This document shows positions 33,540 through 35,969 of a stretch of 35,969 nucleotides of DNA, piece by piece. Numbering within the stretch: position 1 is the stretch's first letter; every line of letters begins with the position of its first letter. The notes below the pieces were generated by a model, which did not search any database, had not been told where the DNA came from, and saw only the letters and a list, made by a program, of their open reading frames with translations. Origin of the DNA: a virus (taxonomy: Duplodnaviria > Caudoviricetes); the IMG/VR virus record IMGVR_UViG_3300042366_000335, positions 1 to 35,969 of that record; one strand, 5' to 3'. Both the position numbers and the translations under genes were made by a program.

Positions 33540-34229
33540 ATGTACACACTCACCGTTTCTCTTGCCACCCTGCGCGCCGCCCGCACCCACGCCGCCGAAA
33601 ATGACGTGCGCGCGTACTTGAAGGGCATCTATCTGGATACCGCCGCCGGTAAGGTTGTCGCCACCGATGGACACCGCCTGTTTGCCGCCAACGCGCGCGG
33701 CGTCAAGTCTGTATACCCTGCAGTCATCATCCCGAACGAAACGATTGACGCCGCGTTGAAGCAATTTACCGGCGAATACGCGCGCGGCAAGTCGCTGGGC
33801 ACGGTCGACGTTACTGTTACGATTGACGAAACGGCCGTGGCTATCGGCACGCCGACGGGTTCCGTTACCGGCCGCACATTGGACGGCCGTTTCCCTGAGT
33901 GGCGCCGCGTCGTCCCTAAAGCTGAGGACGTAGGTGAGCACGTGCCGGCCGTGCTCAACACTCAGTACCTCGCCGACGCGTGCGAGGCGCTCTCCATCGC
34001 GCGAAACGTGCCGAAGAAGAAAGCCGGACAACACGGCATCCGTATCCACATGCGCGGCGAATTTCCGACTGTAGTGACGGACAACACCATCGGCGTGCTC
34101 GCGCTCGTTATGCCCATGCGTAACGACTTGACGGCCGACGTTGCGCGCATGGCGTGCCGCATGGCGCACGATGACGCGTTGCCGTACAGCGCGGACACGG
34201 CCGCCGCCGTCGCCGAAGAAGCCGCCTAA
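33540..34229 (+). CDS. DNA polymerase III beta-clamp-like protein, truncated to about two domains
   Basis: RAYLKGIYL, VVATDGHRL, GRFPEWRRVVP, LNTQYL and LVMPMR match DnaN middle- and C-terminal-domain motifs; AAAGGA SD. Confidence 0.8.
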   Translation: MYTLTVSLATLRAARTHAAENDVRAYLKGIYLDTAAGKVVATDGHRLFAANARGVKSVYPAVIIPNETIDAALKQFTGEYARGKSLGTVDVTVTIDETAVAIGTPTGSVTGRTLDGRFPEWRRVVPKAEDVGEHVPAVLNTQYLADACEALSIARNVPKKKAGQHGIRIHMRGEFPTVVTDNTIGVLALVMPMRNDLTADVARMACRMAHDDALPYSADTAAAVAEEAA

Positions 34230-34243
34230 TCATCCGATCCTAA

Positions 34244-34270
34244 GGGCGGCGCCCACGGCCGCCCGCTCTT
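34244..34270 (+). terminator. intergenic GC hairpin, weak terminator
   Basis: GGGCGGC-7 nt loop-GCCGCCC followed by GCTCTT. Confidence 0.4.
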
Positions 34271-34294
34271 AACTAACCTAAAGGACACTACACC

Positions 34295-34579
34295 ATGACG
34301 ACCGACACCAAGTACAACGGCTGGACTAATTACGCCACATGGCGCGTTGCGCTAGAGATATTCGACGGTCTGGACATCCGCGACTTGTACCCGACCGAAG
34401 TCGCCGACGATGACGCTTACGGCCTCGGCCAACTGTTGGAAGAATACGCCGATAGCGTTGTTACGCAGGACGGCTCGTTAGAAGGCCTCGCCGTGGACTA
34501 CGCCCGTGCCTTCCTGAAGGATGTCAACTGGCACGAGATTGCCGAGCATATGCTCGACGACATCAAGGCGGAGGGCTGA
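34295..34579 (+). CDS. acidic early phage protein (YNGWTNYATW type)
   Basis: AAAGGA SD; YNGWTNYATW...VNWHEIA motif recurrent among phage early proteins. Confidence 0.8.
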   Translation: MTTDTKYNGWTNYATWRVALEIFDGLDIRDLYPTEVADDDAYGLGQLLEEYADSVVTQDGSLEGLAVDYARAFLKDVNWHEIAEHMLDDIKAEG

Positions 34580-34582
34580 ACC

Positions 34583-34912
34583 GTGACCATGCAGCTACAA
34601 GTAACCCAAAAAGGCGCGTTATACACCGCCGAATGCGCCCGGTGCGGCGCGACGCTATATAGCCACGAGTGGGCAACATTCGACCATAACGACCGGCGCG
34701 ATGCGATGCAGGACGGGACGCTGCGGTGTGATGAATGCAGCACCGGCACGGCTGACCCGGAGAGCTTCGGCGCGATGCCGGGGCGGTACTATGCGGCGCG
34801 GTATTCGATGCCGGGGTATCTCGATTGCACGGATTGGCAATATGGGAAGAACCGCCGCGCCTTGGTGCGGGATGTTCGGGACATGTTCGGCGATATCAAG
34901 GAGGAGGGCTGA
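34583..34912 (+). CDS. Zn-ribbon early protein
   Basis: CARC...CDEC plus ARYSMPGYLDCTDW; GGAGG SD. Confidence 0.75.
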   Translation: MTMQLQVTQKGALYTAECARCGATLYSHEWATFDHNDRRDAMQDGTLRCDECSTGTADPESFGAMPGRYYAARYSMPGYLDCTDWQYGKNRRALVRDVRDMFGDIKEEG

Positions 34913-34915
34913 ACC

Positions 34916-35170
34916 ATGGCTCACAAGAAGTACGCTCGCATTTGTTCGGAGTGCGGCAAGGGCATGAACGAGGGCTACTGTTTCGACGGTGGTAGGGCTT
35001 ACTACTGCAGCGACGAGTGCTTGCATAAGCACTTCACTCCCGAGGAATGGGAGGACTGGTGCGAAGACTGCGAGGGCGATTCTTACTATACAGAGTGGGA
35101 CGCCGACGACGACGACGACGACGCGATAGATACCTATCACGCGTGGGACTGCGCGGGAGATGCCGTATGA
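34916..35170 (+). CDS. very acidic Cys-rich early protein
   Basis: CSECGKGMNEGY...YYCSDEC...YYTEW and a poly-Asp tail; GGAGG SD. Confidence 0.8.
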   Translation: MAHKKYARICSECGKGMNEGYCFDGGRAYYCSDECLHKHFTPEEWEDWCEDCEGDSYYTEWDADDDDDDAIDTYHAWDCAGDAV

Positions 35171-35289
35171 TTACTTGGCTACATTGGCTAACGGGTAGCC
35201 GGTGGCGGCATGCCATCGCGCGCCAGGACTGGCGCCGCGTGCCGCCGCCTAACTGGGCGTGCCGGCGCGGTGGCCGTGAGTATCTCTAA
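35167..35289 (+). CDS. 40-aa Trp/Arg-rich hypothetical protein
   Basis: ATGA overlap and GGAG SD; MITWLHWLTGSRWRH...GGREYL*. Confidence 0.55.
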   Translation: MITWLHWLTGSRWRHAIARQDWRRVPPPNWACRRGGREYL

Positions 35290-35307
35290 CAATGTGAGGG
35301 TAACAGT

Positions 35308-35619
35308 ATGCACAAGCCGCCCATTAACATCCTCTCGCCGGATGAGCTGCGCGCCCTTTTGAGCGAGTACCGCGCGGGGCATAGTACGCCCGCACCCGCA
35401 GTAGGCGATGCCATCGACCCCGACCACTACAAGGTTGGCGGGATCGAGACCATCGACTACATGAAAGCCAAGAGTACGCCGGAGGAATTTGAGGGATACT
35501 TGCGCCTGTCATCGCTCAAGTACCTATCAAGAGCCGGGCATAAAGGCGAGGCGCTGGAGGACTACCGCAAGGCGCTCTGGTTCGTTACACGGCTAGTTGA
35601 GGAGGGCGAGCGTGAGTAA
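35308..35619 (+). CDS. DUF3310 protein (family including T7 gp1.7 nucleotide kinase)
   Basis: PDHYKVGGIETIDYM...LKYLSRAGHKG...EDYRKALWF signature. Confidence 0.85.
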   Translation: MHKPPINILSPDELRALLSEYRAGHSTPAPAVGDAIDPDHYKVGGIETIDYMKAKSTPEEFEGYLRLSSLKYLSRAGHKGEALEDYRKALWFVTRLVEEGERE

Positions 35620-35791
35620 CCTACACACCGCCGCCGAGCGCGCGTTGGAGGCGCTCGACAATCTGATACTGGCGTGCGAGCCGCCGACCGACCCTAGCGC
35701 GTTAGAGTCGGCAGTTGCGGCGGCTATCCAAGCCGCATCCGCGCTAGCCGCCGCTATCTGTACCAGTCACACCGAGAGGGAGACAGTATGA
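35612..35791 (+). CDS. Ala-rich hypothetical protein
   Basis: GTG start after GGAGG; ATGA overlap with the next gene. Confidence 0.6.
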   Translation: MSNLHTAAERALEALDNLILACEPPTDPSALESAVAAAIQAASALAAAICTSHTERETV

Positions 35792-35958
35792 CCGAGCACT
35801 ACGAGCCCGACCCGTTGGACGCTGAATGGGACAGCCGGGTACACACCACGACGGAGTACCGCGCCGAGATCCGGCAACTGCGTGAGCGGTGTTGGCGGTA
35901 CGTCAAAGAGTTGGAAGAACTGCGCGAGAGAGTCAAGCGACTGGAGGAGCGAGTATGA
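35788..35958 (+). CDS. 56-aa coiled-coil hypothetical protein (not in the ORF track)
   Basis: GGAG SD; MTEHYEPDPLDAEW...LEELRERVKRLEERV*; ATGA overlap with a further ORF at 35955 that is cut by the window end. Confidence 0.65.
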   Translation: MTEHYEPDPLDAEWDSRVHTTTEYRAEIRQLRERCWRYVKELEELRERVKRLEERV

Positions 35959-35969
35959 GCAAGATTAAC

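Noticed and set aside
1-35969. Stop-codon reassignment or a modified-base (e.g. dZ) system
   Set aside because: Core genes are intact in the standard code and all three stops are used; no purZ or other base-modification enzymes were recognised

Overview
Most of a ~36+ kb GC-rich tailed-phage genome: a P22-like podovirus of a Gram-negative host, with both window ends falling inside the early-gene region. Left to right: end of the early + strand genes (1-393); a minus-strand replication operon (primase-helicase, family A DNA polymerase, putative SSB, DUF2800/Cas4-like nuclease); a divergent + strand VRR-NUC/SNF2-helicase operon; one long minus-strand late operon (TerS, TerL, four tiny basic proteins, portal, Dps-like protein, a spike/fibre cluster, scaffold, P22-type coat, decoration proteins, gp4/gp10-like tail hub, fibres, GNAT, three ejection proteins, holin/endolysin/spanins, HExxH peptidase, HTH-metallophosphoesterase); a ~0.9 kb non-coding control region (structured ncRNA candidate, Fur-like box, heptamer array, 9-bp iteron cluster); and + strand early genes including a two-domain beta-clamp homologue and a DUF3310 protein. 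No integrase, repressor, canonical tRNA or CRISPR array was seen. The two most striking observations are (i) a ~150-nt cloverleaf-like RNA with its own promoter and U-tract directly upstream of terS, and (ii) an apparent plug-and-socket fibre attachment system: one 20-aa motif recurs in register in three unrelated virion proteins, while two different fibres share a KIS(E/Q)L N-terminal module. All family assignments come from motif recognition by eye; no searches were run.
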